Positions 48,401 through 61,907 of a stretch of 64,000 bases of DNA are shown here, piece after piece (the stretch's first letter is position 1; each line of letters begins with the position of its first letter). The DNA is taken from NCBI RefSeq assembly GCF_009914755.1, contig NC_060928.1; one strand, 5' to 3'. Position numbers and translations under genes: made by a program. The notes under the pieces are model-generated. The model ran no database searches. It saw nothing but the letters and a program-made list of their open reading frames with translations, and was not told where the DNA came from. The DNA comes from the human T2T-CHM13v2.0 reference genome, Homo sapiens.

Positions 48401-51400
48401 CAAGGCTGCAGGACCGCCACATCTGGAATATCCATGGAGGGGGTTCTGGAGGAGGCTGGAGTGTCTGGGAGCAGAATGTGCCAGTGGCGGAGGGTTGTGT
48501 CCAGGGTGGTTCTGGTCATACCGGGCAGAATAGCAGAGGGCAGAGAGCTGAGGCTGCGAGTACAGCGTGTCTGGAGATGGGGTGATTAGATCCATCCAAC
48601 TTAGGTCCTGGCCGATGGTAGTTCCTGCAGGCAGGGGTGGCTGGCAGATGAGTGCCTGGTGTGGGGCCTCAAGTGTGAGCTGTGGCCAGCGTGAGCCAAT
48701 TTAGGAGCTAAGAGCGAGGCCTACGGGAGGTACTTCTGCCTACTCTCTCAGAGCACACTGAAGCTGTAGGCTTTGTACCCAGGCCTCTGGCTCCCAGTAC
48801 AGGCTCTCTCCGCCCCACGCCCACGCACCCTCCCTCCTCCAGCCACTGCGCTGGGGGCTCTGCTGGCTACACACTGGCTCCATCTGCTCTGGGCTGCATG
48901 GCAGGAATTTTTTGGATGACTCCTGTGAGGCAGCAGTCCCTTGGGGAGCCTGTGGTTCCCCCGCCTCTCTCCATTCTCACTCCCGAAATAGAGCCTGGCC
49001 CCGCCCTAGGGGACTGGGGGCTGGTGATGGGGACAGCCAAGCCAAGGGCCATGTGGTTGCCTCCGCGGACGCCCACTTCCTCCTGAAACCATCGTGGAGA
49101 CAGAACGGGGAGGTGGCCAGGGGGCCGGAGCTGCCTCTGGCCTCTGCAGGGTGGAAGGGCCCCCAGAAGTCTTTCTGCCCTCCTGGGACTTGGTTCCTCT
49201 TCTTTAAAGGGGAAGGTGATATTCCCCTGTCCACCCTGAATTTACTGCAGAAGGGGTGAACGAACCCACCAGCACTGAAGGGATGGAGGTCCGCAGGGCT
49301 TCACATCAGGGAGGGACCAACAGGCCAGCCCTTGCAGATACCCCAGCCCGCCTTCGCTCTGGAGCACTCGGCCCACTAGAGTTTCCCCTCACCACCTGCA
49401 TCCCATCCCATTCTGCAAGACTCAGTGCAGGATGTCGCAGGTGCTACCTGGAGCCTCTGACCCTGGGGTCTCAAAACCAGGATGGAGCCTCCAGCATCCC
49501 TGTGTGCCCCAGAAGGACACCAAGCCGGCAGAGAGCCATGCCCAACCCTCCTGCTGGGACTGCACCCTCCAAGGACCTCAGCCAGTGCTGGTGGCAGCGG
49601 GCTGGGCTGCAGGCCTCTCAGCCCCTTGTTGGGCCCTCCCATCCATCCATCCATCCATCCATCCAATTATTCAACCACAATCCACTCCCCCAGCCTTGCA
49701 CAATCATTCCCCAGGCTACCTACCCACCCACCCACCTGTACATCCCCTCACCCATCCACTCACACATTCAGGCATATAGGATTTATCAGAAACCCACCTG
49801 CTCCACCTCAGACCAGCTCAGGTCCCAGGCATGCCAGCACATCTCCAGGCTGCCCGGACTTCCATGATTCACACATTCAAAGGTGAAAGCAAAGATCCAG
49901 GCCTCAGAACTGCTCATCACGTCACACTCTTGGATCCTAATTAATATCCAGACTTTGGCCGTGGGAGCCCTCTGTGAATGTGTGGCATGGGACTCCCACT
50001 GGGACATGGATTACAAGGGTTTCGCTGCTGGAATCAGCTACTGGGGATGGGGGGTTATGGTAGCCATTGAATTCTAGGACGGAAATGGAGGGAGCCTAGA
50101 GACGCCTGCTCTGACATATACGAGCTGTTGCCACTGACTTCTTAGGGCTTCCTTCCATGATATTTATTCAACAAGGAAGTGCTGAGGCCTGCAGTGCCTG
50201 GCTCTGGGCTAGGGGTGATGATTCAGCAGGAGCGACGTGTTCGGGACCACCTCCGTCATGGGGGTTGTTCAGGGAGGGGTGCTGCACTCTTGGCTGATTG
50301 TCCACACCACGGTCTAGGAGCAAGGCCGCACCCCAAAATGCTGTTTTGTGCTAAGAGGGACCTGGAGGACTGTGAAAAGGAGGCCCCTTCCCACAACCTC
50401 CCCAGGTCTGGATGCATTTTGGGGGTAACAGGAGGTGAGAAGGGCTCAAATTAATAATCGGTCTCTGTTTGGGGTTGTTTTGGCTGTCATGGAGTAGGTG
50501 AGGGGAGCTGCAGGTACTGTGAAAACCCACCGAGGACCTGGGCCAGGGCCAATGGAGCCCTCCTGGCAGGGGGACGAGCTTCCTGAAGGTCATGGTCAGG
50601 ATTTCACGCCCCAGACACAAGGAAGCAGCCAGAATCCTCTACCGAAGGCTTGCGGACTCACAGCCTCGTCCGGAGCACTAGCGTGCTCATCCAGGGGAGG
50701 AGGCCCGGAGGCCTCCAGCCTTCCTGACCTGAATTTCATTCAACCAAGTTCCCCGCTCCAGGGTTTGCAGGGTGATGATTTCCTAACCCGGTTGCAGAAC
50801 TTTGCGCTAATTTCTGGGACGCCTCGGGGCTGTCTGCTGCCTGGAAGTCAGAAGGACCAGGACTACGATCTCTGCTCCGCAGAGTCCAAGCTGTGTGACC
50901 TTGGGGGCGTGGCTTCTCCTCTCTGAGCCTGCTTTGGTGCTTTCCTCCAGAGAATTGGAGGAGAGAGCTGAGCGGCCCCACATTGCTGCCCTGTAACCAT
51001 GTATCCAGCACTTGGGACACCCAGAGGGATCAGACTGGACCCATCCCTGCTTCTAGGAGCCCCACCTAGAACACTCACCCAGGGGGCAGAGAGCCGGGAA
51101 GCACCGGCCGGGAAGGCGGCTCGTCCAGACTCTGGAAGCGTCTGATCTTCTGAGGCTTCTGCCACAGTGGCCATCCTCTGACAATCCTGCCCACCCACCC
51201 CCCGCAGTGGGCTTGCCAGGCCCTTCCCGGCCCTGCTCCTGCCCTGTCCCGGGGAATCTGAGGTCTGCCAGGTTTCCATGGCCACAGCCTCTCTGCTCTG
51301 GAATTTGCTAGTCCAGCACACCGCGGTGGGGGAGTGGGAGAAGGCTGTGCCTCCTGTCAGGAGGCATGGAGGGAGGTCACGCCTGACCACGCTCCGCATT

Positions 51401-53144
51401 CCAGTGGAATTCTAACTCAGTGTGTGCGGGGAGGCACACAGAAGGTTCTGGTCCTCCTTGCGGGGGGCCTTCAGACACAGAGTGGCAGTGGGGACCCTGG
51501 AGTGAAGGGGGTCCTGCTGCGGGTTCGCTGTGTTGGTGGCGATGGCCACCCACCCTGATTTTGCAGGTGTGGGGCCTGGCTTGGAGGGGGCATGTGTCCA
51601 GGGTCACTCGAGGCCAGCCTGGCCTGTTCTTGCTCCTGCTCTGTGTCACTTATGGCATACCCAACCCCCCTTGCCAGCTCCTCAGCTGCAGCTCCTGGGG
51701 TGGCCAGGAAGCTTCCAGATCCACATCCCCTAGGGGTCCCACCAGGGTCTTCGTCGAGCTCCCTGTCTTCCTAGCACCACCCTCCACCGTGCTTCTCCCA
51801 CGGCCCTGTCAGGCCTCTATCAGGAGCACGCAGCAGAGCAATTTGACATTTTGGGCAAAAAAAAACCGAGAAAATGAGCATCAGCAACATACTTGGTGAT
51901 GGAGCCGGCTGCTCTGTCTCCCACATGCAAAGCCTGTGCTGTCTGCAGAGTTTGACTGGCCCGTGTGGAGCTGCTCCCTTCCACGTGGTCAGGAGCAGGC
52001 TTGAGCTTATCAAGGTCTGGGCATGCTTTGCTCGGTAAGAAAGAGGGTGGGAGCAGACCCCTCGGGCAGAGGAGAAGGAGACCCGCACAGACGCCCCGTC
52101 CCGTCCCCAGTGCGGCCGTCTTCGCCCTCTGTGGACCTTCTTGGCCGTGGATTGACTATTCAGAGGCTGCCTGCTCCTCCGCCCAAGGTCTGCTACACGG
52201 CGGGCAGGGATCTGTGAGGCTGGCTGTTTGTTCCGGTTTCCCCAGAGTCCAGGCAGGGCCAGGCCCACAGCAGGAGTTCTGACCTATTTGTTCAATGAAT
52301 GAATGCAGGAATGAATGAGTGAGACCTTGTGCCAGCCCCCGGTGTTGGTGCTTTCAGACCACTCCCTCTCACGGCCCTTGGATGGGGCGTCGTTACCTGG
52401 CTCTCGACGTCACCAGTGGTGGAAGTGAGGTGGGCGTACCATGAGGAGTATCACAAAGTTGCCCCAAACCTGCTTTGAGCTATGACGGCAACACCGAGGC
52501 TTTTGCTTTAGGGGACACCCCAGAACTCAAGCATCCAACTGTGGTCATCCTGGGGCCACCAGGGGCGGGGCTGTCCAGGGCTGGCCCTGTCTACCCCGTC
52601 CCTACCCTGTGGGTCCTCGTCCCAGCTGGCCTCAGCCCAGTGCGCTCCCCTAACCAACGCAGCCCAGAAATCATACTGGGGTCTTCGGATGTTGTCTGTA
52701 TAGGCAGTCCCTGAGCTGGGAAATGACGGGGTCATATTTGTGGACAACAAACTTCTTCCTCCTCACCCCAAACCAGAGCCTGTGGCAGGGAGAAGGACAG
52801 AGCCAGCCCACCCTGCCTCCACCTCCCCAACACCCTCTGCTTCTCCCCATGACCCGGCCACCTGGGGCACATCCTTGCCCTGGGGTGCCTAGCAAACTCC
52901 TACACAGACATCAAAATCCAGCAGGCCCCCCTCGACTCAGGGCAGGGACTAGGTCTTCTCTCCTCTGCTCTCTATAGCACAGGGAGGATGGAATATACTG
53001 AGGGACAGGATCCCCCCTTTACTGATGGGGAAACTGAGGCCACACCTAGCGCAACAATCTCCAAGTTGCAGAAACCTTGGTAGCTGGTGCTGGAATTTGG
53101 AGCCCCTAATTCCAAGCCTGCTGTGGTCCCTTCCCAACCATGCT

Positions 53145-53525
53145 GCTCGGTTGTATGTGCCAACCTGGCCAGGCCGTGGTCCCCCATGATCCCAACACAT
53201 GTCTAGAGGTTGCTGTGCCAGTGTTTTGCGATGTGACGCACATTGGCAGTCAGCTGACTTTAAGGAAAGGAAATGGCCCCGCATAGCCTGCGGCAGCCTC
53301 ATCCAATCCACTGGGGCCCTCGGAGCAAACTCTGAGCCTACGTGGAGGAAGCAGGAATTCTGCCTGGAGACTGTGGTGGAGAAGCCCTGCCTGGGTCTGC
53401 AGCCTGATCCGCAGGGGGATCTTGCCAGCCCCCACAACTGCGTGGGCTGATTCCCTAAAATACATGTCTCAACATGGACCTCTCTCCCATCAGCTGTTTC
53501 TCAGTGGAGAATGCTGACTGGCACA
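53145..53525 (+). mobile_element. MLT2 (ERVL) LTR, old
   Basis: tgtatgtgccaacctggccaggcc, gactttaaggaaagg, gcctcatccaatcca, gaagcaggaattctgcct, ccagcccccacaactgcgtgggc, tgtttctcagtggagaatgctgactggcaca. Confidence 0.75.
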
Positions 53526-54053
53526 TCAGCCGGGACCTCTCACAGTTGTGGGCCCTGTGACCCTCACCTTGCTCCCATCATCCTGTCCAGCCGCCCACTC
53601 CTCCCCCTCTGCCCCGGCCAGTCCCCACACCCAAGCGGAGTTCCAAGACGGTCCCAGCAGCACTGCCCGCTGCTGCCTCTGAGAGCACAGCCACTGCGGG
53701 GCCAGCGCAGCCACTGAGGCGATTAGAGCAGGGCAGGCCCAGAAGGCCAGAGTCGCCTGGTCACGGGGGCCACAAGACTTGGGGCAGAGGTCGAGAGTAC
53801 AGGCCTTGGAGCTGGCCCCCGCCCAGGTTCAAACCCCGGCTCGGTCGCTTGCTATCTGCATGGCTTCCAGCACGTTCCCTCAGTCCTCTGTGTGCCCCTA
53901 TAAACTACAGACGAGTGTCGCGGCGGCTACAAGCCAAGTGCCCAGAGCTGTGGCTGGTGTGTGGTATGTGTGTCCCAGGAATCTCAGGGCTGCAATGATC
54001 ACTGTGCAAAGTCCCACTGAGCCGGGTTCAAAGCCCACACGCCCCTCACTCCC

Positions 54054-54544
54054 TGTATTCAGGGCTCTCAGGAAATAGAACCAATAGGACGGATATGTAT
54101 AGAGAGATAGCAAGAGATTGATTGTCAGGAATGGGCTCACTGGACCCTGGAGGTGGACAAGCCCTGAGATCTGCAGGTGGCAAGCTGGAGACCCGGGAGA
54201 GCCAACGGTGCAGTTCTAGCCTGGAAGCTGGCAGGCTGGAGACTTAAACCCAGGAGGGGCTAATGGTTCAGTGCAGGCTGGAAGGCCAGCGAAAAACCAG
54301 CTCAGCCGTCAGGCAGCAGGAGCTCCCCTTACTCAGCCTTTCTGCTCTATTTGGGCCTTCAACTGATTGGCCGAGGCCAATCTGCTCTCCCACACTGGCG
54401 AGGGCCATCTGCTTGACTCAGTTTGCCCATTCAAATGTGAATCCCGTCCAGGGGCACCTCACAGACACCGCCAGAGTCATGTTGGACCAAATATCTGGAC
54501 ACATTGTGGCTCAATCAAGTTGACACGTAAAATTCACCACCACG
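54054..54544 (-). mobile_element. MLT2B-D-like (ERVL) LTR
   Basis: tgtattcagggctctc...agaaccaatagga, gcaagctggagaccc, gccttcaactgattgg, cctcacagacac, tcaagttgacacgtaaaattcaccaccac. Confidence 0.88.
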
Positions 54545-54832
54545 TTCACAAACCCAAATTGAGAGCCGCTGCCGCCGCTGTGGGCCTCACTCTGCAGTGT
54601 TGCCTCAGTTTCCCTGGCTGCACAGTGAAGGGCACGCTGTGTGACTCCAGCACAAACCCCAGCACCCCTGGGATCAGCAAATGGCAGGAATGACTGCTCC
54701 AGCAGTGAGAGCTGAGGCCGGGGTCACAGCAAACCATGGACACAGACCCTGCTTGGACTGCCATGGCACTACCCCAGGCTCTGCCCAGCTCCTTCCCTAT
54801 TCTGTGCTGCCTGGGCCTGTCCAGCAGTCTCG

Positions 54833-55645
54833 GTGTGTGTCGTGTCTGTGGGGTGTATGTGTGTGTCTGTGTGTGTGTGCATGTGTGTTTGCATGTGTCA
54901 TGTCTGTGGAGGGTATGTGTGTGTGCATATGTGCGATGTGTGGATGTGTGGATGTGTGTGTGTGTCTGCATGTGTCTCTCTGTGTGTGTGCATGTGTGTT
55001 TGTGAGTGTGTGCCATGTCTGTGGAGGGTGTGTGTGCATGTGTGTGATGCATGGGTGTGTGTGTGTCTCTGTGTGTATCTGCATGTGTCTGTGTGTGTGT
55101 GTGCATGTGTGTTCGTGTGTGTCATGTCTGTGGAGGGTGTGTGTGTGCATGTGTGTGATGTGTGGGTGTGTGTGTATCTCTGCATGTGTCTCTGTGTGTG
55201 TGTGCATGTGTGTGGGTGTATGTTATGTCTGTGAAGGGTGTGTGTGTGCATGTGTGTGATGCGTGGATGTGTGTATGTCTCTGTATCTCTGTATGTGTCT
55301 CTGTATGTGTGTGTGCATGTGTGTTTGTGAGTGTATGTCATGTCTGTGGAGGGTGTGTGTGTGTGTGTATGTGTGATGTGTGGATGTGTGTGTGTCTGTG
55401 TGTGTGTGTGCATGTGTGTGTGTCGTGTCTGTGGAGGGTGTGTGTGTACGTGTGATGTGTGGATGTGTATGTGTCTCTGTGTGTGTGTGCCTGTGTGTGT
55501 GTCATGTCTGTGGAGGGTGTGTGTGTATGTGTCTCTGTGTGTGTGTGTGCATGTGTGTGTGTCGTGTCTGTGGAGGGTGTGTGTGTGAGCATGTGCATGT
55601 GTGATGTGTGTATGTGTGTGTGTCTCTGTGTGTCAGTGTGTGAAT
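54833..55645. repeat. TG-rich higher-order tandem repeat (9 TGTCTGTGGAGGGT-type anchors)
   Basis: Anchors at 54843, 54901, 55016, 55125, 55226, 55341, 55426, 55505 and 55565. Confidence 0.95.
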
Positions 55646-56334
55646 GCACACAGCTGTGATCAGGTTGGAACTAATTGCTTGGAGCCATAAGCTTACCTTG
55701 AATTCAGAGTTGGTTATTTTGACCCAAACTTGAACTCCACATTTTCCAGTTCACTAGCCTTGTTTTTTTTTTAAGTAGTTTCCTGACTTTGATCAAAAAC
55801 AAGCCAACAAACAACTGGAAAGAACGAGGAAAGGCTCCGGGCAGCCTTGGCAGGTGCAAATGAGAAACGAATGCCGCACGAGGCTCTCCAGTTACACATG
55901 GGCTTTCAAATAGAAGCTGGAGGAAGTATTGGGAAAGGTGGGTGCGCCGGGGCTTCTCACCTTGGAGGCCGCCCTTCCTGGGGTCAGTGGGGGGCATCCC
56001 TGTGCTGTAGTTCCTGGGTCTGGGGGCCGGTGGGGGCAAGGCCCAGGAGCCAGGCCTCCCCACGAGCCACGCTGCTGACAGATCCACCCACTCCAGCAGC
56101 CCAGCAACCGCGTACCGTGGTGACACTGCATCACTGCCCCTCCTGTACAGAGCGGGCTGGGGCTCGGGAGACTTGGGAGCCTGTCACGGTGAGCTTGGAA
56201 ATGGCAAAGCCAGGAATTCACTAGGATAGCTGATCCCATGCCTGGGCCTGCTACCGTATCGCATGAGGGCGTCTCCCCACCGGGCGCACAGCCTGTTCCC
56301 TCTGACTGAAATACTCCTCCCTGCCCTTGCCACT

Positions 56335-56560
56335 CATCTTTGCTAAGAGTTCTAGAAAGCAGAGCCTGAGGCATGGATTAAGCGCTAAGGGTTTATTTGG
56401 GGAGGGAAGGGTGCAATTTCAGGGCAGCAAGAGGGAGGAAAAGGGAGGGGAGTCAGGGAAAGGCAGAAACGACGCAGGTGACTAACGGGCGAGCCGTGGT
56501 CCCCGGGAGCAGCCAGACGTCCTCATGGGATGAGGACGTGCCATGCCTGGCACAATCCCC
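56335..56560 (-). mobile_element. LTR33/LTR16-like ERVL LTR fragment
   Basis: gaaagcagagcctgaggcatggatt...gtttatttggggagg resembles an antisense ERVL U5/polyA region. Confidence 0.55.
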
Positions 56561-56898
56561 TCAGAAGGAGGACGGGGAGGACGCCCTCCAGCTCCCGTTG
56601 CCCATGGGGCTGTCTTCCTGGGGAGTTGATGCCAGGCTACCTCTTGTAGATGCTGGGAAAGGCACTCCTGTGCCTGGTGGCTGGGCCCTTGGACAGAGTC
56701 TGGTAGTAGAGGAAGGATCTGGAGATTCTGGGACGGGAGATGGTCAGCCCCAGGCCAAGAGGCCACAGTTTCCTGCTCAGCAGTGTTAGAAGCAGGGATG
56801 GAGCAGAGTGGCCGGGGGTTCACGAGACAGGGGTGTCCCCCGCAGGCTAATTTTGGCTCAGCCTCTCTGGCCTGGCTATCCTGGAGCTAACCTTGCAC

Positions 56899-57215
56899 TA
56901 ACCCAGAACCCCACAGGGTGACCTTATTTGGAAATAGGGTCTTTGCAGAATTGAGGTTGTACTGGACGAGGACCAGCCCTTGCCCCGATGACAGGTGTCC
57001 CTAGAAGAAGAAGAGGTGGCACCGACACAGACAGGGAGGCCCCGGGACCACAGAGGCAGAGACGGAACCGTGCAGCTGGGAACCCAGGACAGGCAGGAAA
57101 GATCCTCCCTGGGGGCTTCCAAACTTGTAGCCCCCAGAGCCGTGCGGGAGAGAATTGCTGCTGTTCGAGCCCCCTCTCCCTCCCCTAGCTTGAGGGTCTC
57201 TGTCATGTGTGGCTT
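56899..57215 (+). mobile_element. MLT1B/C-like LTR with internal deletions
   Basis: gtgaccttatttggaaatagggtctttgcaga, atgacaggtgtccct, cacagaggcagaga, gatcctccct. Confidence 0.8.
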
Positions 57216-57789
57216 TCTTTGGTCTGAGATTGCCCCAAACAGGGCTTCGTTCCCAGGAGCGGCCATTGTCCCTGTGGGCCCTTCTTCAGGCTGTCAGATG
57301 TGTCTACCTTTCCTTCTGTTCCTGACCGGGGCCTGGTGGCTGGCCCTGGAGATGAGGGGGTTCCAGGTCCCCCCGGGCTCTGGTTCCTGGGTAGGTCTGT
57401 TTAGGGGAGCAGTCGGTGGGGGCCCTCCAGGGACATCTAGGGCTGAACCTGGCCCACTGTTCTCTGTCTTCCTACCCTGGGCCAGGCCCTGTGAGTTGCA
57501 ATCATGGACTGGGGGAGACAGAAGCCAGGCAGGGAACATTCCAGGAGTGTGTCTCCAAACAGATATGTATCCTGCTGGGGGACCTTGGCCCTGGGGCTTG
57601 AGCTCTGACACTGAAGGTAGTTGCAGCAGCTGCCGCCGTTACCGACATCTCCTGGGGAGGGTTTGTGAGCCAGAAGCAAGGCTTGTTCTGCAAACACCTG
57701 TCAAGCGCCTCCTGTGTCCTGGGGACCCTGGCGGGATGAGTAGGGACACCATGAGGCCACTGCTCTGAATGAGGGGTGCCCAAGGCCAG

Positions 57790-57940
57790 TAACATGTAGG
57801 GGCACCTGGTCCAGTCATGGGGTCAGAAAAGGCCTTCCCAAGGGGATGCTGGAACTTGGTCTTGAAGTTGAAGTGGAAATTTGCTGTATGAAGCAGGAGG
57901 AAGGGTGTTACAGGCGAGAGAACAGCACGAACAATGCCTT
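57790..57940 (-). mobile_element. L2 fragment
   Basis: ggggtcagaaaaggccttccc...gtcttgaag...gaagggtgttacaggcgagagaacagca. Confidence 0.6.
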
Positions 57941-60054
57941 AGAGGACTTCCTGGCCCTCCTGGGACCCCACCATGTCATTGTGATGGGTGATGTTAGGGG
58001 TCAACTTGACTGGGTCACTGGACCTGGGCCCAGACAGCACCTCTGCCCCATCTGGCTAGACTGCCCGGGCCTCCCTCCACCAGCCCTGGACCAGGCAGGG
58101 CTCTGATGACTTCCTCCTCCGCTCTTGCTGAGCAGGTCTGGCCCTGCACCAACTAGAGTGGGGTCCCAGCATCCACCTCCAGCGGTGGGTGGAGGCCTGA
58201 GTGCAGGGCGGTGGGGGCTCTGGGGAGGCCCTGCCCTAAATGCTTTGCTCTTTCCAGACAGAAAGCACATGACCAATTTCTAAATCAGCAGCTTCCTGCT
58301 TATAGTTTTTTATTTTATGGAAACATTATGTTAAGTACATAATTTAAAAAGCCAACTCATTCTCACAGGTTTATCCTAAAAAGCAACCATCTCTCACCCT
58401 CCCCCTCTCCCGCCATGAGTTCACTCCCCTGGGAGCCACTCCTTTCAACTTTTCATCTGTTTTTGTTTTTGTTTGGTTCCACTAGTTTGGTATTTTTCTC
58501 TATATTTCCAAATGGCATGTTTAATCTGCTGTTGATTTTCAGATTTTAGATACCGCCTCTTGACTTCTGACTATGGCAGACGGCCTCATCCCCGCTTCCT
58601 CCCCACCTCCCCATCCAGGAAAACCATGTTTGGGATCTAATTACTGTTCAAATACTAATCAATACATCAACGTGTTGATTAAATCTTTTAAATTTGGTTG
58701 AAGCAACAAAGCAATTCGTTAGTTAAACCATTGCCGTGACCCATCACATTTTCCACCCTCTCCCCATGGCCGACCGCAGTCCCTACCCCGTGTGTTCCCT
58801 TCCGTGCGTCTCCTCATATTGTGCCCTGCACTTCTCCTCGCTCGGTTCTCCGTGTTCCCCTTACTAATTCTAGCCCTGAACTTTTCAACAAAGCAGCGAC
58901 CTTATTCTCTTTCACGTCAGGTACAGCAGGTGGCTAGTCCCACAGCAGGTGGCTTGTTCTGCCCGCTTCTCTCTCTGGGAACCCCTGTCTTGGACATCTC
59001 TTCTTTCTCCTGCTCTAAGCTGCTCCACTGTCACCCTGAGAGAACATCCTGTCTCTTCCCTATGAGGAACCCCGTTTCCTAGGTCTTGTGTCTTCCTTTA
59101 TATTGTTTTGTTCCTCTGTGTGGTGGTGCATATCACAGGAGAAACATGGAGGAGGTCCTGACCCAGGGGCATGGGCAGTAAACTCTGAGTAAATGGAGAA
59201 TCTTTGTCCATAGCTGGTGCCTTGTGGATAGCAGGGCTGGGTATAGAATTCCAGGAGGGGGTGGGCCTGAACCTTCTCAGCTCCACTCTCTCCCAGCCAC
59301 AGAGGGTGGCTACTGAGAAGCTGGAATCCATTCTCACTCCTCATCCTGTTTGTGACCTGTTTCCACTTTTCCCCTGAAAACTGTATTCTTGGTGCTGTAA
59401 AATTGCACACGAATGCACCTTTGTGGCTCTGTATTTGTGCCTCGTACTGGACTCTGGAGGTCCTGGGGCTCTTATTCGTGGTCTTTGTTCTGGGACAGGT
59501 GTGAGTTATTGCTGTGAACACTCCTCCTTCCACAGTCACCATCCTCTCCTTCAGAAATGCTTTTGCTCACTGCTGGCTCTTCTGGGTTCTTCCTCCAATT
59601 CCCACACCTCCCCCATCCTTCACCACATTTGTCTCTTTGTTCTCTTGCTCTCCTGTGGTGTGTCCTCACTTTCCCTGCTCTGCTGTCTGTGGTCATTTAT
59701 TAATATGCAGGCATCGGGGCTGAATGTTCATTTTCTATGGGACTCTGTTGTGTCTTATTTTCTGAATGTATGGTCTTCTCTCAGGTCTCTGAGGCTCTCT
59801 CTTTTTCTTGGGCGAGGGAGTCTCTCTGCTCCCAGTTCCTCTCTCATTTGGATGTGTCTTTCATGTCAGTGGTCTTCTCTAATGTTGGTGATCTGTGACT
59901 GTATTGTATGTAAGAGTCAGGCTCCGTGACACATTTGCCTAATAATCTGGCTCTGAGCTGCCCCCAACCCCGAACCCACCCAGCGGGGCCTGGCACCAAG
60001 CAGGCTGTGTGTGGACCGACTTGGACCTCCTCCCACGGTCAGGGCTCCATGCAG

Positions 60055-60480
60055 GGGGCGAATGCTCTTTGCAGTGGTGTTTATGATGTTGAAAAGCTGG
60101 ACCAGCCTAAATGTGCTTCAACAGGGGACCCATCTCATGGGTTTGGGTCCATCCTGAACAGGAATTCCATCCAACTGAAAGTGATGGGCCAGGTCTAAGT
60201 CCATTGCCAGAAAAAGCCATTCAGAACCTATTACTGAGCAGCAAAAGCGAGTCACAGAGCATGGAGCAGGTCCAGCTGCACCGAGGGATGAATGTGCGTG
60301 TTCAGACACTGGTGTTCGGAAGGGTCTTCATCAAAACTTGACCTGTGACTGTGATTTCAGGGTGGGAGCCTTGGGATGATTTCTATTCTTTTCTTTATAG
60401 CTTTCTATACTATCTATTTTTTTTTAACTGCAAACAGATATTGGCTTTATAAAGCCATTTTCATCTTGGATTTAAAAAAA
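60055..60480 (+). mobile_element. L1ME-type 3' fragment
   Basis: aatgctctttgcagtggtgtttatgatgttgaaaagctggaccagcctaaatgtgcttcaacagggga. Confidence 0.65.
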
Positions 60481-61084
60481 ATCATTCTCTTAAAAGTCTC
60501 CTCACTGCTTAAAAACCCATGCTGGTTGCCCCCTACCTGCCACCACCAGCTCACAAAAACACACCCTGGCAGGGTGACAAGACCCCTCGGGCCTTCCTGA
60601 GCTCCCAGGCCGCCTGCCCTCATGCTGTGTGCAACTGTCCCTGAAGTCACCACGAGGCTGTGCCCTGCGCCCCTGCAGTGCTGTCGACTCCCTCCCTCAC
60701 TCTGCCATGTCGCGGCACTGGTGGCTGGTGGCCTATCCTGCCCCGGGCCCTCCCCAGCTTCATCCCGGGGGCACTAAGTGATCCAGGGTCTCCCAAAGTC
60801 ACGCTTTCCAGTGCTGTGAGCATTGCCACGGTTTCCATTTTTCTGGTCTTTTCGATGGGGTTGGAACAGGCCAATACATTTAGACAGGAGACAGGTGACG
60901 TGTTCCAAGTGTCTGTCCCCAGGGCTACATGTGGTTGCAGATCCACAGGAGACACATGCCAGGCCTCCCAGGGCCACACGTGGCCGCAGATCCTCAGGAG
61001 ATACATGCCGGGCCTCCCAGGAGGAGTGAACAGAGGGAAGGGGACCTGTGAAGGCGGGAACGGGAAAATCAAAGTGTGAGGTCC

Positions 61085-61400
61085 AATTTGTGCTTATTTT
61101 CTGTGTAACAGGTGGAATAAGCAGGTACTGGAATCACCATAGTCCATTTAAGTAAACATAGAAATCAGTTTACAGCCGCCTTAAAAATGGTTTATTTATC
61201 TGATAAATTGGTGCCTTCCTTAACAAGTCAGTACACGGTTGCCTTGGAAAGCCGAGACTAATTGTTCAGCCCTCTGGGATTGTAATGTGTATTTGAGTAA
61301 ACATCTCTGCACCATGTTGAAAGCAATGTTTAAATAGGTGGAGGAAATCCACTGAGTGCTCTTTCTTTGTTGTTTTGAGATGCTCTGGCTAATTGGGAGT
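61085..61400. promoter_or_regulatory. Candidate Forkhead/GATA enhancer
   Basis: AT-rich non-repeat island with GTAAACA at 61152 and 61297, TTATCTGATAA at 61196-61206 and TGTTTAAATA at 61327. Confidence 0.5.
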
Positions 61401-61907
61401 TAATTTGTTGTGGAATGATTCAGGCCTTTTCTGCCTGAGCCCCGGGAGTAAAAGGTCTCACTTCCAAGACATAAAATTTCCACTCACAGTGTTGAGAGCT
61501 GCAGGACGGCTGAATAACAAATGCTATTCAGAACTGGATTTGATTTTGAGGTACCAAGTTTTGTTCTTCAGTGCTATCTGTATCTCCTTCCTCTGTGTTG
61601 AAAACCCAGGAGAAGGAAACGTTGACCCTGTTTGCAGCCATGAACCCCCCTCCTACCTGGCTCCGAGGAAAAGTGTGCTCTGTGGTCATGCAGTCTCGGG
61701 GTGGGCCCTGTGCCCTGGTCTTGGGGGGTTCCTCTGCCTGTGCCCCATGGCCCAGCCCAAGCTCTGGTGGGAGTGGGGGCCCGGGGAAGAGAAAGTAAGC
61801 TCACATTCAGTGATCGCCCCAGGAGACTCTGGTCCTGAGGGCCACCCAGCACTCTTGTGACAGCTTAGGGTCTGAGGAGCTAAGAGGAGGTACCTGGTCT
61901 GAGGGAA

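Noticed and set aside
60660-61079. ORF with a hydrophobic, TM-like stretch
   Set aside because: GTG start, no family resemblance and no exon support.
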